A DNA stretch of 64,000 bases, from the NCBI GenBank assembly GCA_964426555.1, contig CAYRQJ010000001.1, forward strand, positions 117,633-181,632. The letters are read 5' to 3'. The DNA is from an uncultured Candidatus Saccharibacteria bacterium. GTDB lineage: Bacteria; Patescibacteriota; Minisyncoccia; Phycocordibacterales; UBA9973. Made by a program: the position numbers and the translations under genes. The notes under the pieces are model-generated. The model ran no database searches. It was not told the origin of the DNA and saw nothing but the letters and a program-made list of their open reading frames with translations. Below, piece after piece: positions 1 through 9,529 of the stretch. Positions within the stretch are counted from its first letter, which is position 1. Each line of letters begins with the position of its first letter.

Positions 1-656
1 GAAATTCCACGAGGGCCTTGTTCTACTTTGTATAAATACCCACGAATTCTTTCACCGCGACGGAAATATTCTCCTGGAATTTGTTCTTCCTGAGTCATTG
101 TTGCAAAAGCGCGACCAATAGCCACAGAAACCATTCCGCGTTCTATTTTATCGACTGTTCCAGAGATAATATCTCCTTCTTTTGCTCCAAATTCTGCTAA
201 AATTACTTCTTGTTCTGCTTCACGAATCTTTTGCATTATTACTTGTTTTGCAGTTTGAGCAGCAATACGACTAAATTCTAGTTGTTCTTCTAGTGGAAAG
301 ATTATTTCTTCTTCCAAAACTACACCAGATTTGATCATTTGAGCATCTACTATAAAAATATGATGTTCTTCGTTGTAGCGAACTCGAGTGTCTGATTCGT
401 CATAATCTTCATGTTCGGTTTCTTGGTTAACTATGCGTACTACACTGTCGTCTACTACGATTTTAACTTGATAAAAGTCTATTTTACCAGTTTCTACGTC
501 CATTCTGGCACGGACAATTTGTCCTTTTTTACCAAAATCTTTCTTGTATGCAGCCGCAAAAGCTTGTTCAATTGCGTCTACAATCTTTTCTTTTGGAATC
601 TTGCGTTCTTCACCAAGAGCTTCCAAAGCTGTCTTCATTGTTTTTAAATCCAACAT
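1..656 (-). CDS. nusA: Transcription termination/antitermination factor NusA, N-terminal part. The gene runs off the left edge, so it is partial.
   Basis: Minus-strand translation from the ATG (rc cat ~654-656) reads MLDLKTMKTALEALGEERKIPKEKIVDAIEQAFAAAYKK...GDIISGTVDKIERG, which matches the NusA N-domain plus S1 region. It is missing from the ORF track because it is open to the window edge. Confidence 0.75.
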   Translation of the reverse strand, partial: MLDLKTMKTALEALGEERKIPKEKIVDAIEQAFAAAYKKDFGKKGQIVRARMDVETGKIDFYQVKIVVDDSVVRIVNQETEHEDYDESDTRVRYNEEHHIFIVDAQMIKSGVVLEEEIIFPLEEQLEFSRIAAQTAKQVIMQKIREAEQEVILAEFGAKEGDIISGTVDKIERGMVSVAIGRAFATMTQEEQIPGEYFRRGERIRGYLYKVEQGPRGI

Positions 657-758
657 ATTAATTTGTATTTCTATTATTAACTTATAATATACTTTGACTT
701 TAGCATATTGGTAAATTCATTGCAAAAGGTTAGTTAAAATTGATATACTATACACAGT

Positions 759-2771
759 ATGAAGTTTATCTTAAAATCTTTTTTTATATTTGTCTTATTT
801 TTTATGGGATTCATAAATGTATCTCATGCAGCCAGTACTCAACATGCTTGTACTCATAATTCAGGACATAATTGTGTAGACATAAAAGGCTATGCATGGG
901 GAGCAGACGATAAACCTTTTGGTGGAGCTGGTTGGATAAATTTTAATAACACTAGTAGTGGCTCTACTACAAATACGGGGGGTAATGCGTCTTATAAAGT
1001 AGAGTTTGACCGAAATGACCTTAGTTTACAAGGTTATGCTTATAGTGAAAATTATGGATATATTAAATTTGGAGGATTTACCGAAGGGGCAGGCAATTAC
1101 CCAGTAGCAGCTGCTTGTAAAGGAGGAACAAACGATAATGCTAATTGTAATGCGCAATTAGTAGCAGTAAATGGTGGCTACGAACTGGTAGGCTACGCAA
1201 GGTTTTGTTTTGTATATCAAAGCGGATGTAGTGGTAATATTCGCCCAAGCTACGAACTGGGGGGGTATGATGGCTGGATAGCATTCAAAGGCTCAAATTT
1301 TGCAGTAACTTATAATACTTCTAATGTATTCCAATCTTATGCATGGGGTGGTGGACATGGTACACGTGGTAACAGTAACTATGCTGCAGGAATGGGCTGG
1401 ATAAAAATGAACCCAAGTGGAGGAGGAATATCCTGTTATGTAACAACTATAGGTAATGACTGTATTAGTGACAGTACAGACAAACCTATCGTAGACATAT
1501 ACACTGACAATAGCGACAACGGTACAACAAAAGTAAATTACAATACAACCTTTACTTTGAAATGGACAATTACAAATATTCCAAATGGTTGTGATGCTGT
1601 TACACCTACATCTACCCCAAATAACTCTGGTTGGAATAATCATTCAATTACAGGTACTAGAGTTGCCAGTGGTAGTTACACAGTAACTGGTGGAGTATCT
1701 GCTGATACAACATTTAATCTAGAATGTACTTATACCACAGAAAAAGGTAACGACAGTGAAATAATAGAGTTAAACAAATTTACTCCTGTGGTAACACTGG
1801 ACCCAACTAGCAGTATTACGTATGGTAACAGTGTAGATTTGACTTACAAAGTTACAAATGTGCCTTTTGGTTGTAGTGGTGGTGCCCAACTTTATACAGA
1901 AGGTGTCGCAGATGGTAGCCCAATTACCATAACCGGTGATGGCACAAGTACAAAAGAATACACCGGTACTATAACAAAAACCCCACTAGCAACTACAAAT
2001 TGGGAATTTCGTTGTACAGATTCTACCCCGCCTACACCAAATCGTATTGGTAGCGACACCGCAAAAACTACAGTAATAGTACCAACACCAACAATGTCAC
2101 TAACAGTAAAAGACACCGATACAAACAGTACTACAAATATTCCTTGTACAAATACTGGAGTAACAATTACATATAGTACAAAAGATGTAAAAACTGGTTC
2201 ATGTAAATCAATGTATATACCAGCCGGAGCTGGTAGTGCACAAGCATTGTCAGGCTGGGATACTGGAACCAGTATTACTGAAAATGATTACCCAACCACA
2301 CATACCAGTACAACAGGAAATATTACAAACACAGGGGGAAATGTATTTTATTTACAATGCCAAAAATTAGACGGAACTCCTTGGACTGCTGGTAAATCAC
2401 TAACTAGATCTTGTACTGCTGGCTCACTTTCAGTAACAGGACCAAGTTGCGTTGAGCCAACAGACATGTTAAACATTAGTTATATTGGATCTGGGTTTGA
2501 CAGTGGTAGTTGTACAATGAGTTGGAAAACCAGTCCAAATAATAAAATAAATACTACAGCACCAAATCATTCATTTAATGCAAACTATGTTTATCCAGCA
2601 AGCAATTTAACAGTAGGACAAACTTACACATATACAGTTTCTGGATGTCAGGAATCTGCTTACCCAGGAAATTCTCCTATGTCTAGTAGTGTAACCGTAG
2701 ATGTGCAAAATGATTGTGGTCCTGGACCAACACCGATACCTCGCCGTGGACCAAAATTTAAAGAACAATAA
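759..2771 (+). CDS. Secreted Thr/Gly/Asn/Cys-rich repeat protein, function unknown
   Basis: N-terminal signal peptide MKFILKSFFIFVLFFMGFINVSHA. An aromatic motif GYAWG..(D)GWI.F recurs at least four times. The composition is Thr/Asn/Gly-rich, typical of a surface protein. Confidence 0.6.
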   Translation: MKFILKSFFIFVLFFMGFINVSHAASTQHACTHNSGHNCVDIKGYAWGADDKPFGGAGWINFNNTSSGSTTNTGGNASYKVEFDRNDLSLQGYAYSENYGYIKFGGFTEGAGNYPVAAACKGGTNDNANCNAQLVAVNGGYELVGYARFCFVYQSGCSGNIRPSYELGGYDGWIAFKGSNFAVTYNTSNVFQSYAWGGGHGTRGNSNYAAGMGWIKMNPSGGGISCYVTTIGNDCISDSTDKPIVDIYTDNSDNGTTKVNYNTTFTLKWTITNIPNGCDAVTPTSTPNNSGWNNHSITGTRVASGSYTVTGGVSADTTFNLECTYTTEKGNDSEIIELNKFTPVVTLDPTSSITYGNSVDLTYKVTNVPFGCSGGAQLYTEGVADGSPITITGDGTSTKEYTGTITKTPLATTNWEFRCTDSTPPTPNRIGSDTAKTTVIVPTPTMSLTVKDTDTNSTTNIPCTNTGVTITYSTKDVKTGSCKSMYIPAGAGSAQALSGWDTGTSITENDYPTTHTSTTGNITNTGGNVFYLQCQKLDGTPWTAGKSLTRSCTAGSLSVTGPSCVEPTDMLNISYIGSGFDSGSCTMSWKTSPNNKINTTAPNHSFNANYVYPASNLTVGQTYTYTVSGCQESAYPGNSPMSSSVTVDVQNDCGPGPTPIPRRGPKFKEQ

Positions 2772-2778
2772 AAAACAA

Positions 2779-4605
2779 ATGGGAAATCAAGAAAACAAAT
2801 TACCAATAGATATTATTTCTTTGGTAATAGAAAATTATTTTACAAAAAATTATAATACTGCAATACCTGCGGAGTTGTCTTTGCCAGTGTACGAAATTCA
2901 TGGAGATATAACTACAAACATTGCACTGCGAGCTAGTAAAATAATTGGCGAGAAACCAATAGATATTGCAAATAATTTAGTAAAATTTTTAGAAACTGAA
3001 ATTACAGATTTGGTAGAAAAAATAGAAATAGCTGGACCAGGGTTAATAAATATTTTTCTTAGTAATACCGCGCGCAAAAATATAATTGTGGGTACTCTAA
3101 AAGAAAATACTGATTTTAAAATAAATACTGATACTGGTTTACACTGGGTAATAGAACACACCAGCCCCAACCCAAACAAAGCTATGCATCTTGGCCATTT
3201 GCGAAATAATTTAGTTGGAATGAGTCTTGCTAATATGATAGAAAACTGTGGGGCAGTAGTAACACGTGACGCAGTAGACAACAACCGCGGTATTGCTATA
3301 GCTAAAGCAATGTACGGGTTTTTAGCATTGGAAAAGCACCCCTCACAATCCCCTCTGTCTAAAGACATCTCCCCTTTATCAAGGGAAGAAAATTTGTTAC
3401 AAGCTTGGATAGAGAATCCAACTAATTGGTACACACCAGCTGAAAAAGATACACGTCCTGATGTATTTGTAACAAACTGTTATACCGGCGGGGAAGAACT
3501 ACGAAAAAATGACACAACTGGAGAAATAGACAAAGCTATTCGCCAAATGGTACTGGACTGGGAAGAAAAAGATGCAGATACTTGGGCATTGTGGCAGCAC
3601 ATTTTAGATTATTCTTATGCTGGAATGAACATTACTTTAAAGCGTTTAAATAACAAATGGGATAAAGTTTGGCACGAACATGAGCATTACCAAAGCGGTA
3701 AAGACTATGTAGAAGCAGGACTTGCAAAAGGCATATTTAAAAAGCTTGATGATGGCGCAGTACTAACCCAAATAGAAGAAAAATATAATATCCCAGAAAC
3801 CATATTACTGAAAAATGACGGAACAGCATTATATATTACACAAGACATTGCGCTAACAGATTTAAAAAAGAAAACATACAATGCCGACAAGCTAGTATGG
3901 GTAATAGGACCCGAACAATCTTTAGCAATGCAACAATTGTTTGCAGTATGTGAGCAATTGGGAATAGGTAAGTTAGAAGACTTTTTCCATATTGCATATG
4001 GATACATGGGACTAAAAGACGAAGCAGGGAATTTTAAAAAAATGTCATCACGTAGTGGTACGGTATTACTAATTGATGATCTTATAGACACAGTAAAAGA
4101 ACGACTAATCGAAAACAAAACTGAATTGGCTGACGATGATGTATTAGTAGAGAAACTGGCAATGGCTGCAATACGGTTTAGTATATTGAAATGCGAAAAG
4201 AATATGAACATGGCATTTGATATAAATGAATCTGTAAATATCAACGGTGATTCAGGAATATATGTGCTGTATACTTTGGCACGCATCAAATCTATTTTAC
4301 GTAATGCAAATTTTGAAAGTAAAAATATTAGTGCAGAATTTAGTGGGGCAGTAGCACAAGATGTACTACGTAAAATAAATGCGTACAGTGTAGTACTGCA
4401 CAGCGCGCGTAAACATTTATCCGTACACCCAATTGCGCATTACTTACTGGAACTGGCATCTACATTTAATAACTTTTATAACCGTGAAAAAGTTTTAGAT
4501 GGTGGTAAAGACGAGCAAGAAAAACTGGCAATATTAAATTCGGTGCTACGCGTAATGGAGCATGGGTTAGGTATACTGGGCATAGAAACAGTAGAGAAGA
4601 TGTAA
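2779..4605 (+). CDS. argS: Arginyl-tRNA synthetase (class I)
   Basis: HIGH-region PNPNKAMHLGHLRNN, ArgRS-like length and C-terminal anticodon-binding region. The start was moved to the in-frame ATG at 2779 (MGNQENK...), just after the upstream stop, instead of the overlapping track start at 2701. Confidence 0.9.
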   Translation: MGNQENKLPIDIISLVIENYFTKNYNTAIPAELSLPVYEIHGDITTNIALRASKIIGEKPIDIANNLVKFLETEITDLVEKIEIAGPGLINIFLSNTARKNIIVGTLKENTDFKINTDTGLHWVIEHTSPNPNKAMHLGHLRNNLVGMSLANMIENCGAVVTRDAVDNNRGIAIAKAMYGFLALEKHPSQSPLSKDISPLSREENLLQAWIENPTNWYTPAEKDTRPDVFVTNCYTGGEELRKNDTTGEIDKAIRQMVLDWEEKDADTWALWQHILDYSYAGMNITLKRLNNKWDKVWHEHEHYQSGKDYVEAGLAKGIFKKLDDGAVLTQIEEKYNIPETILLKNDGTALYITQDIALTDLKKKTYNADKLVWVIGPEQSLAMQQLFAVCEQLGIGKLEDFFHIAYGYMGLKDEAGNFKKMSSRSGTVLLIDDLIDTVKERLIENKTELADDDVLVEKLAMAAIRFSILKCEKNMNMAFDINESVNINGDSGIYVLYTLARIKSILRNANFESKNISAEFSGAVAQDVLRKINAYSVVLHSARKHLSVHPIAHYLLELASTFNNFYNREKVLDGGKDEQEKLAILNSVLRVMEHGLGILGIETVEKM

Positions 4606-4628
4606 CCTCTCCCTGGACTTCGTCTCAA

Positions 4629-4660
4629 CCCTCTCCTTAAAAAGGAGAGGGTCTTTATTA
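4629..4660. terminator. GC-rich hairpin plus T-tract downstream of argS. It is also a member of the GC-rich repeat family.
   Basis: ccctctcc-ttaaaaa-ggagaggg followed by tctttatt. Confidence 0.55.
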
Positions 4661-4722
4661 TAGTAATTAAACAATACTTGCATTTTATTGTAAAGTGTGT
4701 TATAATACTCTGCAATAACACT

Positions 4723-5100
4723 ATGAACAAAATAATTTCAAAAATTGTAGTAGTAGCAGTGATTTTCTTCACAGCTCCTGCAGTAAAATCACAAGTTAAT
4801 GATGCTGGACCAGAAGCATTTAAAAAAATTACAAAAATTGGCCCCGAAGGGTGTCCCGCATTATACTGGTGGAATCCACAGGGTTATTGCGGGTTAGGAT
4901 GTTGGCAATTAGCCAGTGATTCATCTACAGAAAAGATGATGATGCAACAAATTGTTCCAGAGAAATCTCGTGAAGTAAAAATTAATGGTGATACGACTAT
5001 TAAAATTATCACACTAACAGTGTCTGGCTTCTCTAACGAATTCTTTTTCGATGGATACTGGAGAAAGTATCCACAGTATTGTGTTGAACTCAACCAATAA
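4723..5100 (+). CDS. Small secreted/membrane-anchored hypothetical protein
   Basis: The internal Met gives the signal peptide MNKIISKIVVVAVIFFTAPAVKS. There is no recognisable domain. Confidence 0.45.
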   Translation: MNKIISKIVVVAVIFFTAPAVKSQVNDAGPEAFKKITKIGPEGCPALYWWNPQGYCGLGCWQLASDSSTEKMMMQQIVPEKSREVKINGDTTIKIITLTVSGFSNEFFFDGYWRKYPQYCVELNQ

Positions 5101-5117
5101 AAAAACCACAACGCAAA

Positions 5118-5150
5118 GGGCGGGGATGAATACATCCCCGCCCATTTTTT
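5118..5150. terminator. Bidirectional rho-independent terminator
   Basis: gggcggggatg-aata-catccccgccc hairpin with an A-tract upstream and a T-tract downstream. It lies between convergent genes. Confidence 0.7.
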
Positions 5151-5958
5151 ATACCCCACAAACTTTTTCAATATAGGGTTTTATATATTTAAAATTATCT
5201 TTAATAATTTTATTGGGTTCTACTAGTATTTTTTTATAATCTACTTCTTCGATTACTTGTTGCTCTACTTTAAGGTCTTTATCTATAGCTGAAGAAATTT
5301 CAACAATTGAATAAAATAACCAATGATTATTTCCTTTGTAATCTTCGGCTGCAGGAATTTGCATTAAATCTGCAAATAATCTTATACTTTTTCTTAATGT
5401 ATGAAGTTCGTCAACATTAATTTTTTCTTTATTAAAAAGTTTTTCAATCTTATTTAAGATTTTTAAAACATGATTTTTAAAATCTAAAACATCTACTGAT
5501 TCAATAGGTAATTCAATTTTATCGATCGCTAAAAAAATCTCATTTCTTTCAATTTCTAATGGGGTAGTTAAATACTTATCATTAAATTTCCCCAGTGTTG
5601 ATATAAATGTATGCAACTCATCCGGACATTTATGTTTTGGATATAAAAATTGGTAAATAGCTCTCAATACTAAACCATACCGCCTAATCATTCTAAGATA
5701 CTTTCGACTTTCTTTATTTGGTTCTTTTTGTAAATGATTTAAAAACTCATTTTTTTTAAAAACAAATGCAAAAGTCTTATTTGCTTCTTCAAATATATGT
5801 TTACGATATTCATCGTCAATAAAAATACTATTAAATTCTTCTACTCGAGGATTTAAATTTGGGTTCTCTCTAATATCCATAAAGTGATTAACCAAAACTG
5901 GTTCTAGATTTGAAGATTCATGGGTATTTGGAATATTAGAATTAAATTTTTCCTTCAT
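5149..5958 (-). CDS. Hypothetical protein, possibly CHAD-like (weak)
   Basis: 269-aa ORF with basic helical segments (RKYLRMIRRYGLVLRAI, ELHTLRKSIRLFADLM) that recall CHAD-domain patterns. No firm motif was found. Confidence 0.4.
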   Translation of the reverse strand: MKEKFNSNIPNTHESSNLEPVLVNHFMDIRENPNLNPRVEEFNSIFIDDEYRKHIFEEANKTFAFVFKKNEFLNHLQKEPNKESRKYLRMIRRYGLVLRAIYQFLYPKHKCPDELHTFISTLGKFNDKYLTTPLEIERNEIFLAIDKIELPIESVDVLDFKNHVLKILNKIEKLFNKEKINVDELHTLRKSIRLFADLMQIPAAEDYKGNNHWLFYSIVEISSAIDKDLKVEQQVIEEVDYKKILVEPNKIIKDNFKYIKPYIEKVCGV

Positions 5959-6403
5959 TATGGTTATTTAAAAATTTATATGCGTCTTCTAAAATCAGTT
6001 TTCGTTCCGGGAATGTTAAAAGTTCTATGGCTTGTTTGTAAGTAACCCATTTCAATTCTGGAATTTCATTTTTAAAATCATCAGGTATTGTGTTTTCTAT
6101 AGAATTAGTACGGCCTAAAAAATACACTACTGTTTTATTGTATGGTACCCCCTTTTTTTCCAAGTAAAATTTCTCAGTAAATGAAATGTTATTAATTAAA
6201 TTAATGTCAGTAATTCCTGTTTCTTCTTTTAATTCTCGAATTGCTGCTATTTCTTCTGTTTCACCCGGGTCTGCATGACCTTTTGGGAAACCCCAATGGC
6301 CTTTGTTGCTATATACTAAACAAATAAATATCTCACTATTTTGATCTTTAAAGAATGGAATAACCCCATATGATTTGTCTTCTTTTATTGCATTTATATC
6401 CAT
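5942..6403 (-). CDS. NUDIX hydrolase
   Basis: Nudix box GHADPGETEEIAAIRELKEETGI (G-x5-E-x7-REUxEExGU). Confidence 0.85.
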   Translation of the reverse strand: MDINAIKEDKSYGVIPFFKDQNSEIFICLVYSNKGHWGFPKGHADPGETEEIAAIRELKEETGITDINLINNISFTEKFYLEKKGVPYNKTVVYFLGRTNSIENTIPDDFKNEIPELKWVTYKQAIELLTFPERKLILEDAYKFLNNHNEGKI

Positions 6404-6434
6404 AAATAGATTATATCATACCAGTCCATAAAAA

Positions 6435-6470
6435 CAGGGCGGGGATGAATTCATCCCTGCCCTGTTTTTT
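6435..6470. terminator. Rho-independent terminator with nearly the same stem as the one at 5118
   Basis: cagggcggggatgaa-ttcatccctgccctg followed by tttttt. Confidence 0.65.
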
Positions 6471-6514
6471 ATCTATTTTTTTGTTTTAATATAAATTTTT
6501 ATTTAAAATAATTT

Positions 6515-7684
6515 TTACGGCTTCCAGTACATATACTGTCCATAATCGTCGGTTGATTTCCATTCCCAGAAACTGTTTGTACTGTTACATGAATCTACAT
6601 ATGAAATATTTCCTGTTGTGTCTGGGTCTACATTATTTAAAGTAGGGTAATGACCGTTTTGACAACCACCAGTTCCACAACCGCCACCAAATGTCCAATG
6701 GTAGCCATGTGTTTTTGGATTTTTACTATTTTTTGTTTTATCTATAACTAAACTAAATTTACATTGCCCTGTGTCACCCATATCGGTATCTGAAAAACTA
6801 CATGAACCAAAAGTAGTATATGTTGTCATGTTTACTCTTCTACACAAACGCTCTACAGTATAAGTATTTGTACTAAAAGGATTTGTTGCACATCTTCCTG
6901 TGTTTGTAGGGTTAGTAGATGGGTTAAATTTTGTACAAGTAGCCATTACTTGATTGTTGGTATTGTTAGTACCAGACAATGTTCCAGAAAAATTTGGAGC
7001 ACTATAGTATGAGATATAACTTCCTGCAGGACAGCCCCCGCCGCTACCAATAGTTACTCCAATGTCTGGAGCATACAAGTTACAACTATCCCCAAGACCA
7101 ATGTTGGTTGTGGGGTTATGTTTTGAGGTTTCAAAATTTGTAGCCAAAAAGTCTAATGAATAGACGGGGTTTGCAGCAGTATTACCAGATAAATTAATAT
7201 CATTTGTTATTGCAATTCCGCCCAACATTCTCCCAGCTATAATTCCTTGAAGTGCTTTAGCATTTTTAGCACTAGTATTAATTGGATAAACAAATTTAGG
7301 TATATTTAAATATTGATCAAATGATTTTGTTGTATTTTGATCATCTACCTGTGTTAATAAATCACTGGTTAAAAACCTTGTAGCTCCATTTACTACTAAC
7401 TTTTCACCAAATCCACCTTTGATACCATTTGCTCCATCGGACCCAGCATAAGACCCATTAGTTAAAACAGATTTTATATAATCTTTTGTTGTTTTGTTAG
7501 GGTCGGCACCTTCCCATGTACCAAATTTGTGTGCAATATTTACAGTATCAACACCCACTAACACTGGGGCACCAGTATTGCCAGCTGGGGCAGTAGTGGT
7601 TGGGTCTACATAGTCAGCCATTGCCATAGTTCCAAAAGTAAACATTAAAACAATTAGTGTAAGAAAAATTTTGTGCTTCATCAT
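6515..7684 (-). CDS. Secreted Cys-rich hypothetical protein
   Basis: Signal peptide MMKHKIFLTLIVLMFTFGTMAMA. The predicted mature N-terminus is DYVDPTTTAP. The C-terminal half has many Cys (GGGCGTGGCQ). Confidence 0.55.
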   Translation of the reverse strand: MMKHKIFLTLIVLMFTFGTMAMADYVDPTTTAPAGNTGAPVLVGVDTVNIAHKFGTWEGADPNKTTKDYIKSVLTNGSYAGSDGANGIKGGFGEKLVVNGATRFLTSDLLTQVDDQNTTKSFDQYLNIPKFVYPINTSAKNAKALQGIIAGRMLGGIAITNDINLSGNTAANPVYSLDFLATNFETSKHNPTTNIGLGDSCNLYAPDIGVTIGSGGGCPAGSYISYYSAPNFSGTLSGTNNTNNQVMATCTKFNPSTNPTNTGRCATNPFSTNTYTVERLCRRVNMTTYTTFGSCSFSDTDMGDTGQCKFSLVIDKTKNSKNPKTHGYHWTFGGGCGTGGCQNGHYPTLNNVDPDTTGNISYVDSCNSTNSFWEWKSTDDYGQYMYWKP

Positions 7685-7740
7685 AGGTATATTGTAACAT
7701 TTTAAAAGTATTCAAAACAAGCACAGATGCGCTGTATTTC

Positions 7741-7850
7741 ACTTCAACCTCACCCTCACCCTAACCCTCTCCAATAAATTAGAGATGGAATAATCACACA
7801 ACCACACCCCCCTTCTCTATATTTATGGAGCAGGGTCGGGGATGAGGTGT
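7741..7850. repeat. GC-rich imperfect palindrome of the cacctcaccct...ggagagggt family
   Basis: cacctcaccctcaccctaaccctctcc ... ggagcagggtcggggatgaggtg forms a long imperfect inverted repeat in an AT-rich intergenic region. Confidence 0.5.
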
Positions 7851-7953
7851 AACGGAAAAAATCACATCTAACGGGATATCCACATGCTGTGCAAATGTAT
7901 GTATTTGCTATATACAAAATGGTATAATTAATGTAAGAAATTAAAAACTGTAC

Positions 7954-9363
7954 ATGAAAAACATAAAGAAAATCTATGTGAGCATTCTGTGCAGCATAGT
8001 GTTATCCTTCGGGATAATCAGTCCTTTGAAAGGGCAAGTTGGTACCAAAGGGAACCAATGGAATAAACTAAGAGAAGATAATTTTGAAATCACCAACCGT
8101 TACCGCGCTGGTAAATATGTTGTAAAAACAACAGTACGGGATGGTGCAAAACAAACCACAACAATAAATGGAAAGACCGAAATCCAACCTATCACAATTT
8201 GGGATTTGACTCAAAAAGACAGCTTTGCAAATTTTGCAAATAATTGGGTGGGGGATCCTATGAATCCTGTGAAAATGTTTAAGTTCGACAGCTCTCGGTT
8301 ATTTATAACTGACGGAGTAAAGATAATTCGTGCTGATATTGATTTTCAGTACAAAACTATTAACTACGAACAAATATTTCAAGGAAATCAGGATAGTAAC
8401 AACATAATTGCTTTTTATAGAGGCAAAGATAATGTTTACTTTACTAGTTCTTATGGTAAAAATTTTGTTTATATTTGCGACATGTTTGGGAATATAGAAA
8501 AAACTATTACCATGAATACTTCGGCTCTTCTGTCTATTACGTCCATTGTTGAGTTGAATGACACCATTTATTTTGGTTACACCTATGTAGGTGGTCTTGC
8601 AGACGGAAGTGGTTTTGCAATTCTGGATCCAGTTAGTGGGCAGATTACAAAACTAAAAGACCCGTTATGGAAGAACAACAGTAACGGTTGTGAAATAAAA
8701 GTGATTAATGGTCGTTTTTATCTAACAACAGATGCTGCACTGTATAATTTTCGTCAAACATTATTTGAATATAAGAATGGTGGATGGAAAACAGTAGTAA
8801 TTGGAGCATGGATGCCAAAAACACAAGATGGTTCGTCTGTTATTGATATTGAAAAAAATGGTCACTATCCTAATGGTGATACAATCAATAAAACATCTGG
8901 TGGTCTTTATTACCAGTTTAAAACTGACGGAACTATTGGTAAGATAATTTCAAAAGATACTCGCCTCGACGTACAATTCTCAGAAACATTCAAAACACAG
9001 TTTTATCAAAGGAATAAATTTTTTCCTGCGATTGAATTCATTTACGAATATGAAAACAAAACAATTGGTTTTGGACCCAGTATCGTAGCTGAACTTGTTG
9101 ACACAAATTCTGTTGGAATTAAAAACCCAACAGTAATGGTCAAAAAAACTGTTTTAAATGTTTTACCCAACCCTGCCACTGGTGAAACAGTGTACATCCA
9201 AGGTTTGCAAAAACCAACAGAATACACCATTACCAACACAACTGGTCAAACAGTTGCAAATGGCTTGACGATGGACAGTATTGATGTGAACCAATTAAGT
9301 CCTGGTATTTATTTTATTGCTTTTCCGAAAATTGGCGCAACAGCCAAATTCATTCGGAACTAA
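7954..9363 (+). CDS. Secreted protein with a T9SS-type C-terminal sorting domain (Por_Secre_tail-like)
   Basis: Signal peptide. The C-terminal ~70 aa, LNVLPNPATGETVYIQGL...YTITNTTGQTVANG...LSPGIYFIAFPKIGATAKFIRN, matches the conserved PNPa / GvYfv pattern of T9SS CTDs. Confidence 0.6.
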   Translation: MKNIKKIYVSILCSIVLSFGIISPLKGQVGTKGNQWNKLREDNFEITNRYRAGKYVVKTTVRDGAKQTTTINGKTEIQPITIWDLTQKDSFANFANNWVGDPMNPVKMFKFDSSRLFITDGVKIIRADIDFQYKTINYEQIFQGNQDSNNIIAFYRGKDNVYFTSSYGKNFVYICDMFGNIEKTITMNTSALLSITSIVELNDTIYFGYTYVGGLADGSGFAILDPVSGQITKLKDPLWKNNSNGCEIKVINGRFYLTTDAALYNFRQTLFEYKNGGWKTVVIGAWMPKTQDGSSVIDIEKNGHYPNGDTINKTSGGLYYQFKTDGTIGKIISKDTRLDVQFSETFKTQFYQRNKFFPAIEFIYEYENKTIGFGPSIVAELVDTNSVGIKNPTVMVKKTVLNVLPNPATGETVYIQGLQKPTEYTITNTTGQTVANGLTMDSIDVNQLSPGIYFIAFPKIGATAKFIRN

Positions 9364-9449
9364 CCAGCCCGCAAAGCTGGAAACAATATTATTTGGCACT
9401 GTTAATTTATTAACAGTGCTTTTTTCTTTGTAAAATTTAGAACAAAACA

Positions 9450-9490
9450 ATATGCGCGGCCGTAGGCCGCGCATATTTTAGTTTTTATTT
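9450..9490. terminator. Rho-independent terminator
   Basis: atatgcgcggccgtaggccgcgcatat hairpin followed by a T-rich run. Confidence 0.6.
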
Positions 9491-9529
9491 TTTAACTTTT
9501 CCTATAGTAAGCTATGCTTACTACCGAGA

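Noticed and set aside
1293-1643. Antisense or overlapping ORFs inside large genes (e.g. 1293-1643, 1892-2116, 2898-3434, 3705-4289, 13329-14090, 16921-17430, 28993-29463, 45147-45625, 55913-56533)
   Set aside because: They lie fully within well-supported genes on the other strand or in another frame. Their compositions are low-complexity with no motifs. They are typical shadow ORFs.
2701-2778. Track start of argS at 2701, overlapping the upstream gene by 70 nt
   Set aside because: An in-frame ATG at 2779 directly after the upstream stop gives a conventional N-terminus. The extension MCKMIVVLDQ... lies inside the upstream coding frame.
7954-9363. Using the T9SS C-terminal domain to infer a Bacteroidota origin for the contig
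   Set aside because: The 248-aa YidC, the split ComEC, the gene order at oriC and the abundance of DUF559 argue for a monoderm-like CPR-type genome. The tail domain alone is insufficient for taxonomy.
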